Positions 20,622 through 30,913 of a DNA stretch of 64,000 bases are shown piece by piece. The position numbers and the translations under genes were made by a program. The stretch spans positions 512,001 to 576,000 of the forward strand of contig CAWCNS010000004.1 of assembly GCA_963796965.1 (NCBI GenBank). Direction: 5' to 3'. The notes beneath the pieces were generated by a model. It was given only the letters and a program-made list of their open reading frames with translations. It was not told the origin of the DNA and did not search any database. Position 1 is the stretch's first letter. Each line of letters begins with the position of its first letter. Source of the DNA: Calditrichia bacterium (GTDB lineage: Bacteria; Calditrichota; Calditrichia; JAJRVZ01).

Positions 20622-23225
20622 TTGAAAAATTATTTATTTCGACCAATTCTAACTAATATGCTGCTTTTAATTTGTCTAACTATAATGGCTTCATCTCTAT
20701 TCGCTGGTCTTCCTGATTCAATTGGTTTTCACAAGGCTGTTTACGATTCGAAAGGAAAATTACTCCCCTGGATACCCTGGTCCCATGCCTTGGTCCGCGA
20801 AATGGACTGGTATCAAAACTGCCCGATCGGGACAAATGGCTATCCGGTTTTAATCTATACAACCTTTATGACTCATAAATATATACCTTACCGTACGGAT
20901 ACCATTCCCTGTACGCAGTTAGGTATGGGCATTATTTCTTATCTTAAATATTTTTATTACACCGGTAGGGCGGATCCGAAAGTGTTAAAATGGGCTCGCT
21001 ATATGGGTGATTATCTAGTCAAGGAAACGTTGACACCCGCACAAGGAAAATATCCACGATTTACACGTTCAACCGGTCACCATACCGATTTTCCAATTCA
21101 GCGAAGTGCTCAGGGAGATGAAAAATTAGGGAAAAATGTCATCGAACCTGATAAGGGCGGCATTGCCGGGTATGCCCTTCTCCTGCTCTATGAAGCAACA
21201 CAAGAGGAGAAATATCTAAACCAGGCGATACATAATGCCGATTGCCTGAGGCAAAACATGCGTCAGGGAAATGCATTGCATTCACCCTGGCCGTTTCGTG
21301 TCGATGCGGTCACCGGCGAATATTGGGGCGAGCGAAGTGGAAATATGGTTTATATTCTTCGCCTGTTTGATAAATTAATTGATCATGGATATGATAGGTT
21401 TACAGAGTCTCGGAATGCTCTTTGGTCCTGGATACGAGATTATCAAATTCCGGCTCCGGATAGCCGTGAATCATCCCTATGGGTACAGTTTTTTGAAGAT
21501 ATGTCTCCCGATGATAACAGAAATTCATGGGCCCCTTTAAATATGGCCCGTTATCTGATTGAGCAAAAGGATAAACTGGATCCTGACTGGATGGCCCTGG
21601 CTGAAAAATGTATTCAATTTGCCCTCAAACATTTTGCGATTGAAAAACCTGGCGGTGTAACCTTAATGGGTGAACAGGATTCTGATAAACGTGAATGGGG
21701 GGGAGCCTGTTCTACCCTGGGTGGTGTGGCAGCAATGTTTTACGCCGCTGGTGGCGGTGAAGCGTATAAAGAAATTGCCTATCGTAATCTTAACTGGGTT
21801 ACTTATTTTATTGATAGTGATGGCGGACCGGCAGCCTTATGTGGCGCAGAAGGCTGGGAAAAAGGAAGTTGGCTGGAAGACTGCCACACGGATGTCGTAC
21901 ATAATTTTATTGATGCAATGAATGCAGTAAAAGAATGGAAAATATACCGATATCCAATACAAGAAGTTTCACTCAGTGACGAATTAAAAAATTTAAAGAC
22001 AGGTAAAATACTATGCTCTCATTTGGCCGTCTATGACAAGAATGGTTTGCTATTGCCCTGGACTTCCTGGCAAGATGCCCTTGCCCGGGAAATGGACTGG
22101 TATTTAAAATGTCCACTTGAAAACGGCTATCCACGATTTATGACGCATACCTTTATGGATGGTGATTACATACTATTCCGGGACTGGAAAACAATCATTG
22201 CTCCGACTCAAGATGGTATGGGGATTATTTCTTATTTAAAATACTATCATTATACTGGAAAAAAGAATCCTCAAATCCTTCTATTCGCAAAGTATATGGG
22301 CGATTATCTGGCCAAAGAGAATCTTACCCCAGAGACGGGTAAATATCCCTTGTTTTCTCGTTCGACGGGCTGGTCTGGAGCGGTTCCACAACCGCCTGAT
22401 TGTGGATCGCAAAGGGATCTCCCCTATGAGGTACAACCGGATAAGGCTGGCATCGCTGCTTATGCTTTGGCATTGCTCTATGAAGAAACAAAGGAAAAGA
22501 TCTACCTGGATCGGGCCTTGCAAGATGCCCGTGTACTTGTTGCAAATATGCGAAGTGGAAATGAGGTCCAATCGCCCTGGCCCTTTAGAGTTGATTATCG
22601 CACTGGGAAAAGTCGCGGAAAAGTGTCCGGGAATATGTCCTTTATTCTGCGCCTCTTTGATAAGCTGATCGAACTGGATTATGATGAGTTTAAAGAACCG
22701 CGTACTAAATTATGGAATTGGATACGGGATTACCAGATCCCAAATCTAACCCAGGATGGAATGCTGTGGGTGCAATTTTTCGAGGATCATGAGGAAACTG
22801 ACAACCGTACGGCCTGGGCTCCTTTAAATCTGGCACGTTATTTAATTGAGGAAAAAGAAACGATTGATCCGGACTGGCAGATCCATGTCAAAGCCTTGAT
22901 TGATTTTGTAAACAAAAACTACACAAGTATTTTCGATGGCGTCCTGGTATGTGGTGAACAAGATTATGATAAAAACCCCTGGGGTGGCATCCTCTCCACA
23001 TATGGGGCTGTACTGGCAATGTATTGCCGGGAAACGGGCTCGGAAGAATTTAAGGCAATTGCTTTTCAGGCCTTGAATTATGGTTTATATGCTACCTTTG
23101 ATGATGGTTGTGTCAGTGAATCTACGAGTCGTTTGCATCGGGGATATTGGCAGGAAGATTGTCATACGGACAAAATTCATAATTATATCGATGCGATGAA
23201 TGCTTTTCCGGAATGGGCGAAGTGA
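20622..23225 (+). CDS. Exported protein made of two tandem homologous ~420-aa domains (putative alpha/alpha-barrel enzyme)
   Basis: Halves align end to end: AVYDxxGxLLPW..REMDWY..GMGIISYLKY..PDKxGIA..SPWPFRVD..LWVQFFED..WAPLNxARYL..GEQD..EDCHTD..DAMNA; TTG start with AAGGAG SD. Confidence 0.75.
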   Translation: MKNYLFRPILTNMLLLICLTIMASSLFAGLPDSIGFHKAVYDSKGKLLPWIPWSHALVREMDWYQNCPIGTNGYPVLIYTTFMTHKYIPYRTDTIPCTQLGMGIISYLKYFYYTGRADPKVLKWARYMGDYLVKETLTPAQGKYPRFTRSTGHHTDFPIQRSAQGDEKLGKNVIEPDKGGIAGYALLLLYEATQEEKYLNQAIHNADCLRQNMRQGNALHSPWPFRVDAVTGEYWGERSGNMVYILRLFDKLIDHGYDRFTESRNALWSWIRDYQIPAPDSRESSLWVQFFEDMSPDDNRNSWAPLNMARYLIEQKDKLDPDWMALAEKCIQFALKHFAIEKPGGVTLMGEQDSDKREWGGACSTLGGVAAMFYAAGGGEAYKEIAYRNLNWVTYFIDSDGGPAALCGAEGWEKGSWLEDCHTDVVHNFIDAMNAVKEWKIYRYPIQEVSLSDELKNLKTGKILCSHLAVYDKNGLLLPWTSWQDALAREMDWYLKCPLENGYPRFMTHTFMDGDYILFRDWKTIIAPTQDGMGIISYLKYYHYTGKKNPQILLFAKYMGDYLAKENLTPETGKYPLFSRSTGWSGAVPQPPDCGSQRDLPYEVQPDKAGIAAYALALLYEETKEKIYLDRALQDARVLVANMRSGNEVQSPWPFRVDYRTGKSRGKVSGNMSFILRLFDKLIELDYDEFKEPRTKLWNWIRDYQIPNLTQDGMLWVQFFEDHEETDNRTAWAPLNLARYLIEEKETIDPDWQIHVKALIDFVNKNYTSIFDGVLVCGEQDYDKNPWGGILSTYGAVLAMYCRETGSEEFKAIAFQALNYGLYATFDDGCVSESTSRLHRGYWQEDCHTDKIHNYIDAMNAFPEWAK

Positions 23226-23282
23226 AAATTAATGGTAATCAATTAATTAGAGAATAGATGTTATAAAAAGAGTGAGAAAAAC

Positions 23283-25712
23283 ATGAAATTAAAAATTATA
23301 ATCCTGGTGTTCCTGTTAGAGGTTCTATCTGTAGAATTAACCTCGGCTCAAAATGACTGGTCAATCATCGTTAGTAATGATCAACTCAAAGATGAAGCCA
23401 TAAATGTGGCTCTCAAAGATTTGATCAAAACAGGTGGCGATTACGCTATCTCTTTCAAGATAATTCAAACTCCGCCCCAAGATGGTACTTCTGCCATTGT
23501 TATAGGCAATGAAGAAAGAAATGACGCAGTGGGACAGATGATGTCTGATTATAATCTCGAGATGGAGGAGGTTGATCATCCAGAAGGATATACCATAAAA
23601 ACCTGGTCAAAAGATGAACAAAAAATTATTTTTATATCAGGTGGATCTGAACTCGGCGATACTTATGGATTATACTGGATTTGGGACCGGCTGCGGGTTA
23701 ATAAACAAATAACAGAAATCAATGTGCAAAGACAGCCCAGTCTTCCCATCAGGTATACACGGGTCAGGGTAAGATCTATCGAAGATATTCAGCGGGCACT
23801 TCGCTATGGACTAAACACAGTTTACCTTGGAGATCAGTTAGGACTTGGTGTTTGGGGTGTGGAGCCGGAGGATAGCGAGAATCAGGAAAATAGAGAGAAA
23901 ATTCAATTTCTCATTGATTATACCCATAAACTCCACATGAAATGCCTGGCCTTCGGAACAGAATTTACCTTTCATCCCCGCCTTTTAGAAGAATTTCAGG
24001 CCAGTCTCTCACCCTGTGATGAGAATTTATGGAAGGCTTTGCAGGAGAAATATCGACGCGTTCTTAACGCCTTACCAGATCTAGATGGCGTGGCGACATT
24101 CACGGGACCCGAACAAAGTTTCTGGGGAAATTATAAAAAATTTAATATCATGCATGGTGATTTGAGTTGTGAATGGCCGCTTGATAAACGCTATCGCACT
24201 TTTGTTAAAAAAGTACAGGAGGTGGTTGTCGGTGAATTTGGAAAAATTTATCATCACCGTACCTGGATGACCAATATGTTTGAGCAGCAGGCTCGCTATG
24301 AAGTATACAAAAAAATATTTACGGATGAAGTTCCGGTTGAGAATTTATATTTAATCCCAAGTTTTACTCAAAACGATCGCTGGTGGCATCAGCGTTACAA
24401 TCCAACTTTCAATCTAACCCCACATCAAATGTTGGCCGTTTTAGAACCCATGAACTATTATGAGAGTTCGAAATCCAATATTTTTCCAACCTATCCGGGG
24501 ATCTATTTTCAGGCGGGATTACAATCTGTTCTTGAAGTGCCGAACAGTAATCTGAAAGGACTCAGTTTTGACCTCTATAAGCCAGAGGATTTTAGAACTC
24601 CTCGTTTAACCGCTTACACCGTGTTCAGACTTGGGTGGGATTATATGGAAGATCCCCTGCAGATCGCAGAAGACTTTTGCGCCATATTTTTTGGTCCGGA
24701 AGTGGCGAAAGATATGGCAAAGATCTATATGCTTTCTCCGGTTGCGTATAAATATGGTTTGTTTATCGAACCGGTGGCCTATGGCGAGTTTAACTCATTG
24801 CCTCATATCAGAGTTGGGACATTCCCTGCCCAGGGTTATCCGGTTATCGATAATGGTAAAGAACACTTAGCATTCTGGAGAAAGATATATCTTCGATGTA
24901 AACCGTGGATTACAGAAACCTATGATGATCTTGACCACGGATTTGAGACAGCTAAAAAAATGCGGGACTTATATAAATCTGTGAAACCGCTTATTAAGGA
25001 TTCTGACTTGGCCCAGCAAGTTGAAACGACTCTGGAGATGACCTATCAGTTTATCCATACCAATAACTTATATGTCAGGACAGCATTCGCCTATTTTGCC
25101 TATCTGGATGATCCCTCTGCTGAAAATAAAATTATCTTGTCCAATACAACTAATTTTTTTAAAAATACGATCGGGGCATTTAAGTCTGTGCCAGAATTTA
25201 ATTATAAATTATTTGGTGTGGAGCAGATCCTTTTGAATGCTGATCAGATTTTGGCCGATCGCTCACTGGCAATGGAGCGATTAGAAAAATCGCCATCTTC
25301 AGAACGCATTGAACAATCGATTAAACAAATTCATGAGAAGTATACAAAGATTTTAAAAGACAGCGAGAGCAATTTAAAAAAGATCCTGCACTTTGAAGGT
25401 CAGATTGATGGAAGGGATATTCTTAAAATTAAGGGAGGCACCTATGAAATTGAACATCTTCGATGGGATCCACCCACGATAAAAGAATGTTCTTTTATCA
25501 ATTCGCTGCCAGAAATGGAAGGATCGCTCATTCTGAAAGTGATTCAATCACGACCGACTTTTCCATTTGTTTTACAACAACCTTCGAATGAAAATCACTA
25601 TACAGCCCAGATTTATATGTATGATATACCGGAGGGTCGGGATTGGGTGAAATTTGATCTGTACTATATTGATAAATCGCCCGAGGAACTTGGTTTGGTC
25701 GTTCCATGGTAA
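23283..25712 (+). CDS. Exported hypothetical protein with GH20/GH67-like N-terminal domain and probable TIM barrel
   Basis: Signal peptide; HPEGYTIK..ISGGSELGDTYGLY typical of the beta-hexosaminidase/alpha-glucuronidase N-domain; LPDLDGV; HRTW. Confidence 0.5.
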   Translation: MKLKIIILVFLLEVLSVELTSAQNDWSIIVSNDQLKDEAINVALKDLIKTGGDYAISFKIIQTPPQDGTSAIVIGNEERNDAVGQMMSDYNLEMEEVDHPEGYTIKTWSKDEQKIIFISGGSELGDTYGLYWIWDRLRVNKQITEINVQRQPSLPIRYTRVRVRSIEDIQRALRYGLNTVYLGDQLGLGVWGVEPEDSENQENREKIQFLIDYTHKLHMKCLAFGTEFTFHPRLLEEFQASLSPCDENLWKALQEKYRRVLNALPDLDGVATFTGPEQSFWGNYKKFNIMHGDLSCEWPLDKRYRTFVKKVQEVVVGEFGKIYHHRTWMTNMFEQQARYEVYKKIFTDEVPVENLYLIPSFTQNDRWWHQRYNPTFNLTPHQMLAVLEPMNYYESSKSNIFPTYPGIYFQAGLQSVLEVPNSNLKGLSFDLYKPEDFRTPRLTAYTVFRLGWDYMEDPLQIAEDFCAIFFGPEVAKDMAKIYMLSPVAYKYGLFIEPVAYGEFNSLPHIRVGTFPAQGYPVIDNGKEHLAFWRKIYLRCKPWITETYDDLDHGFETAKKMRDLYKSVKPLIKDSDLAQQVETTLEMTYQFIHTNNLYVRTAFAYFAYLDDPSAENKIILSNTTNFFKNTIGAFKSVPEFNYKLFGVEQILLNADQILADRSLAMERLEKSPSSERIEQSIKQIHEKYTKILKDSESNLKKILHFEGQIDGRDILKIKGGTYEIEHLRWDPPTIKECSFINSLPEMEGSLILKVIQSRPTFPFVLQQPSNENHYTAQIYMYDIPEGRDWVKFDLYYIDKSPEELGLVVPW

Positions 25713-25720
25713 CTTTTATC

Positions 25721-25930
25721 ATTTCACGCAGTGACGCTACGCCGCAAAGAAAGAAAATATTTATTGAATAATAATTCACTAAAATGCCTTATGTTTTATA
25801 TGAGTATTCTAAGCACCTATTCCTCTTTAAGGGAAATGATTTATTTACCTTTAGGAGTATCAATCATGAATAATATTAACGAGATTTGAATCTTATTTAT
25901 TCGTTGCCGCTCTGCGTCGCTGCGAGAGAA
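25721..25930. repeat. Intergenic inverted-arm element, CGCAG-type units
   Basis: Arms 25721-25750 and 25901-25930 match at 21/30 positions as inverted repeats; AT-rich 150-nt spacer. Confidence 0.65.
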
Positions 25931-25949
25931 TAATCTACAGAAATGAGGG

Positions 25950-27210
25950 ATGATGAATTTTCATCGAATGTTTTTAATTCTATCATTACTATGCGGATTT
26001 TTAGTCAATACTGGACTCAGTCAACAATCAAATGATCATATGAAATGGTGGCATGAGGCACGTTTTGGGATGCTTATAACCTGGGGATTGTATGCCATTC
26101 CCGCGCATGGTGAATGGATTATGTACCAGGAACATATTCCTCTGGAGGAGTATAAGACTCCTCGCTGATCAGTTTAATCCTCAGAGTTATAACCCCGCGG
26201 AGTGGGTGGCCCTTGCTAAAGAAGCAGGGATGAAGTATATGGTCATCGTCACCCGTCACCACGATGGATTCTGTCTATTTGATAGTAAAGTATCAGATTT
26301 TACTTCAGTCAAAACGGCTGCCAAACGTGATATTATATCTGAATTTGCCGATGCCTGTCATGCTGCAGGCATGCGTTTAGGCCTCTATTATTCATTGGTT
26401 GACTGGCGTTTTCCTGGTGTCCTTCCCCATGGTAGGCGAGAAGCAGATGAAGTTTACAAACCGTTGGTCGACCAGGCCCACGCCCAGGTACGTGAATTAT
26501 TAACCAATTATGGTAAGGTTGATATTCTATGGTATGATATGCTCCAGCCTTACGATCCTGTGCTCTGGCGCTCCGAGGAATTAAATAAAACGGCTCGCCT
26601 GTTGCAACCGGGTATTATAATTAATGATCGGGCTGGTGTACCGGCTGATTTTGGGACGCCGGAGAATACAATCATTGCTCAGAACAATCCCTGGGAAGCG
26701 TGTTACGCCATGAATCGTACCTGGGGCTATTCGCGCTATGATCGTAATTATAAGCCGGTCCATGAACTTCTGCGCTTATTAGGTTCGTGTGCATCTCAAG
26801 GGGGGAATTTTCTGCTGAGTGTGGCACCTGATGCAGATGGGCGAATTGACGTTGAATCTGTGGAACGATTGCGATCGATCGGAAAATGGATGAAAACCAA
26901 TGGTAAGGCTATATATGGGGCAGGTCCATCTCCGATAGGTGCACCGAATCTGGGTATGGAAAGCCGGGTTGGTGATAAAGTTTATCTTCTTATGCAACGC
27001 TGGCCGGGTTCAACAGTACCGCTTGCCTGGTTTGGCAGCAAAGTGACCTCCGCTATTCTTTTGGCTAACGGGCAACGGGCAAGAATCGAACAAAAGGGTG
27101 ATCGCGTCTGGTTACACGATTTACCTGCTTATCCTGTTGATCCATATCTAAATGTGATTGAATTAAATTTTGAAGATCAACCCCGGGCGTCAACTCCTGC
27201 TTACAGATAA
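25950..27210 (+). CDS. GH29 alpha-L-fucosidase family protein, copy 1 (+1 frameshift near 26157)
   Basis: WWHEARFGM, RHHDGFCLF, ELLTNYGKVDILWYD, IINDR, TPE; removing one base gives EEYKLLADQF, matching the paralog DEYKKLAEQF. Confidence 0.9.
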
Positions 27211-27313
27211 ATTTATTCCTGCTAAGTAAGGATCCAATCCTGAGTATACGGGAGGTTGTTTAAATGTACAATGCAAATGTGTATCATAATGTTTATAGAT
27301 TTCCAAAAGAGAA

Positions 27314-28594
27314 ATGAGGTCGACTGTGCGCAATTTATTTTCTGCTTCCCGGATTGTATTTTATTTAACCTATTTCTGTTTAATTATGTTTTATACCAGC
27401 CTGGGCCAGGCTTCTGATGAACGCATGCAGTGGTGGCACGAGGCCCGTTTTGGCATGTTTATCCACTGGGGTGTCTATGCCATACCCGCCCACGATGCCT
27501 GGATTATGTACCAGGAACATGTCCCTTTTGATGAGTACAAAAAACTTGCTGAGCAGTTTGATCCTCAGAATTATAACCCGGCCGAATGGGTGGCATTGGC
27601 CAAAGAAGCTGGAATGAAATACATGGTCATCACAACTAGGCATCATGATGGCTATTGTCTGTTTGATAGTAAAGTTTCCGATTTCACCTCGACAAAAACA
27701 GCTGCAAAACGAGATCTAATTGCTGAATTCGCCGATGCCTGTCATGAGGCTGATATGCCTTTAGGTTTTTACTATTCATTGGTTGATTGGCGATTTCCTG
27801 GTGTTTTGCCCCATGGTACACGGGAGGCCGATGAGGTCTATAAACCCTTAGTCGACCAGGCTCATGCCCAGGTGAAGGAACTCTTAACCAATTATGGTAA
27901 AGTTGATATTCTCTGGTATGACATGCTCCAGCCATATGATCCGGTGTTATGGCGCTCAGAGGAATTGAATAAAATGGCCCGCCAGTTACAACCGGATATC
28001 ATCATCAATGACCGGGCCGGTGTGCCTGCTGATTTTGGCACACCGGAAAACAGGATTGTTGCCCAGGACAATCCCTGGGAAGCTTGTTATTCAATGAATC
28101 GTTCCTGGGGGTACACACGATATGACCGGAATTTTAAACCGGTTCATGAACTGATCCGGTTACTGAGCTCCTGTGCTTCGCAGGGAGGTAATTTTTTGCT
28201 CAACGTAGCACCGGATGCAGATGGAAAGATCGATGTTGAATTCATTGAACCATTAAGGGCAATGGGGTCCTGGATGAAAACCAATGGCAAGGCAATTTAT
28301 GGGGCCGGACCCTCTCCCATCGGAGCGCCAAATCTTGGAATGGAAAGCCGCGTGGGTGATAAGGTATATTTACTTATGCAGCGTTGGCCCGGTTCAACTA
28401 TTCCGCTTGCCTGGTATGGTAGTAAAGTAACATCGGCTATTCTTCTGGCCAACGGACAAAAAGCCAGAATCGAACAGAGAGGTGATCGTGTATGGCTGCA
28501 TGATCTACCTGCCTATCCAATAGATCCCTATCTTAATGTAATCGAACTTCAGTTTGACGGCACGCCACGAAAATCTTCTCCTGCCTACAGGTGA
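27314..28594 (+). CDS. GH29 alpha-L-fucosidase family protein, copy 2
   Basis: ARFGMFIHWG, RHHDGY, ILWYD nucleophile, NDR, GGNFLLNVAPDADG; signal peptide. Confidence 0.92.
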   Translation: MRSTVRNLFSASRIVFYLTYFCLIMFYTSLGQASDERMQWWHEARFGMFIHWGVYAIPAHDAWIMYQEHVPFDEYKKLAEQFDPQNYNPAEWVALAKEAGMKYMVITTRHHDGYCLFDSKVSDFTSTKTAAKRDLIAEFADACHEADMPLGFYYSLVDWRFPGVLPHGTREADEVYKPLVDQAHAQVKELLTNYGKVDILWYDMLQPYDPVLWRSEELNKMARQLQPDIIINDRAGVPADFGTPENRIVAQDNPWEACYSMNRSWGYTRYDRNFKPVHELIRLLSSCASQGGNFLLNVAPDADGKIDVEFIEPLRAMGSWMKTNGKAIYGAGPSPIGAPNLGMESRVGDKVYLLMQRWPGSTIPLAWYGSKVTSAILLANGQKARIEQRGDRVWLHDLPAYPIDPYLNVIELQFDGTPRKSSPAYR

Positions 28595-28846
28595 AGTATG
28601 TATATTGAATAGAAGTAAAATTGAAAGAATCTTTCTTGATATGAAATAATTATTTATATTCAAAGGTACCATATAGGACTAATTGGGAAATCGTTTGCCT
28701 GCCTCAGTGGAATTTTATTGATCTTATAGATTTATTGCAGAAATTGTATGAAAGTCATTTATTTCTATAAGAAATATCTCAGTCGGATCATAAAATTCAA
28801 TTTCCAGATTGTATCGACATTTTAAAATATGAATGAAGGAGATCAA

Positions 28847-30887
28847 ATGAACTATAACGTACGTCGTTTATCGATGTTATATATTATTATCATTTTTCTT
28901 TCTTTTATGAGTATTCAACTACTCCCGGCTCAACAAGTACCAACCACCGACAGGGTAGAAGGAAAATACAAATTACCAAATATCGTTCCGGCACTTGACA
29001 GTCAAGATGATCTCCCCCTAATGACCAATGCCACGTCCTATATACCCGTTAATGATTACACTTTCACCGAACATATACGTGGCCTAATGACAGAGGAAGA
29101 AAAAAAGGAAGTAAAGGATCAATTTGACAAGAAATTGAATTTGCCTGGTATTGAATATATGCCGGATCTCTCATCAGATCACATCACTTCTATGGCCATT
29201 ACCAACGGAATCCGCTGGATTGGTACAAAGGTGGGGTTGTACAAACAACCAGAAAATTCAAAAAAAGCAGAGCGATTGGTCCATTACGGTCATCGCGGTC
29301 CCCTGGCTACAGAGATCACCGCTTTAGCAAATGATTCCCATGGCATATTATATGTGGGAACACCGGTTGGATTAAGTATCTTAGATCCGGAAGGAACCTG
29401 GAAATCCATTCAGGGGAGACAGGGCTTACCTGTTGAACATATCACAGCCTTGTCTATTGATAAAAATGATCGCCTTTGGATCGGAACCACACACGGGGCT
29501 GTACTTTATACACCTTATGAAGAAGGTCGCCAATGGTATTACCGTGCCGGTAAGAGGTATTTAATAGATGACAGGGTAAATAATATTTATATTTCAATAG
29601 AAGGTATGCCTGTATATTTTAATACAGATGAAGGCATTAGCAAAATCGAAGGTATTAATATGACCTTGTTAATGAAAGCAGAAAAAATTGAAGATCGTAC
29701 TAATAAATGGCATCGCCGTTTGGGTCTCGTGGCCGCCTGTCTGCTCGATAATGCTGAAAATCCAACCTCATATACCATTGGAGATAACGACAATGATGGT
29801 TTATGGACGGCCTATCATGTGGTCGCCATGTCTTTAGCTTATGGTGCAACGGGGGAAAAATTGTATCTTGAATCGGCAAAAAAGGGCATGCATGCTTTAG
29901 TAATGCTTCAAAATGCATCTGGTATCCCGGGATTGGTTGCACGCAGTGTGGTCACCGATAGAGGAAGGTAGGAGATAAAAGTCCGCAATGGCGTCCTACA
30001 CCGGATGGTAAAATGCTTTGGAAAAGTGATACTTCCAGCGATGAGATTGATGGTCATTTTTTCGCCTTTTATGCTTACTGGCAGCATATCGCCCGGCATG
30101 ATCCAAAGGAATCTGCTTTGATCCTGAAACAAACCAGGACCGTGATGGACTATATCGTTGATAATAACTACCAATTGATTGACTGGGACGGGAAGGCACC
30201 CGTTGGGGATTCTGGAATCCAGAGATTCTTAATGATGATCCGGAACATTATATTGAAAATGGCTTAAACGCTGCACAGATTCTATCATTTTTAAAAGTAT
30301 CGTACCATATCACCGGGGATCAAAAATTTAAGAAGCATTTTGATAAGCTCATTGTCGAACATGGGTATCTGGGAAATGTCCTGTTAGAAAAGAAGGTGTT
30401 TCCCGATGAAAATAATCATTCCGACAACCAATTAGGATTCTGTGCGTTATATCCCTGGCTTCAGTTAGAGAAGGACCCAAAAGTCAGACAAGCGTTGCAA
30501 CAAGCCGTTCGCAGACATTATAAAACGTTGTGGCGGGATGGATCCAGTTTCTTTTATTTTGCTGCGGCCACCATTGATCCTGATTTTGTTGATATCAAGT
30601 CGGCTGTTCAGTATCTGCGCGATACACCAACCGATCGTCGGCAATGGCGAATGATGAACAGCCAACGTGCAGATATCATCTGGAATCCCAATCTGAGCCG
30701 TTTTGGCAAACCGCAATTATTGCAGGTACTGCCCCCGGACGAACGAAATTGGGCTAAATGGAACGGAAATCCCTATTATCCCGATGGTGGCGGAGACGGC
30801 CGCGTGGAAGATGATGGCGCCTCATGGTTACTTGGCTATTGGATGGGTAGGTACCATGGATTTATTGATGGGGAGGAGGGCAATTAA
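28847..30887 (+). CDS. Paralog of 11073-13325 (regulator-type propeller plus helical domain); frameshifts near 29960-29976 and 30196
   Basis: Three ORF pieces are collinear with the paralog: DNDNDGLWT, GLVARS, WKSDTSSDE, TRWGFWNP, WLLGYWMGRYHG; GAAGGA SD before ATG 28847. Confidence 0.75.
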
Positions 30888-30913
30888 AATTTACTTATAT
30901 AGGAAATTATACA

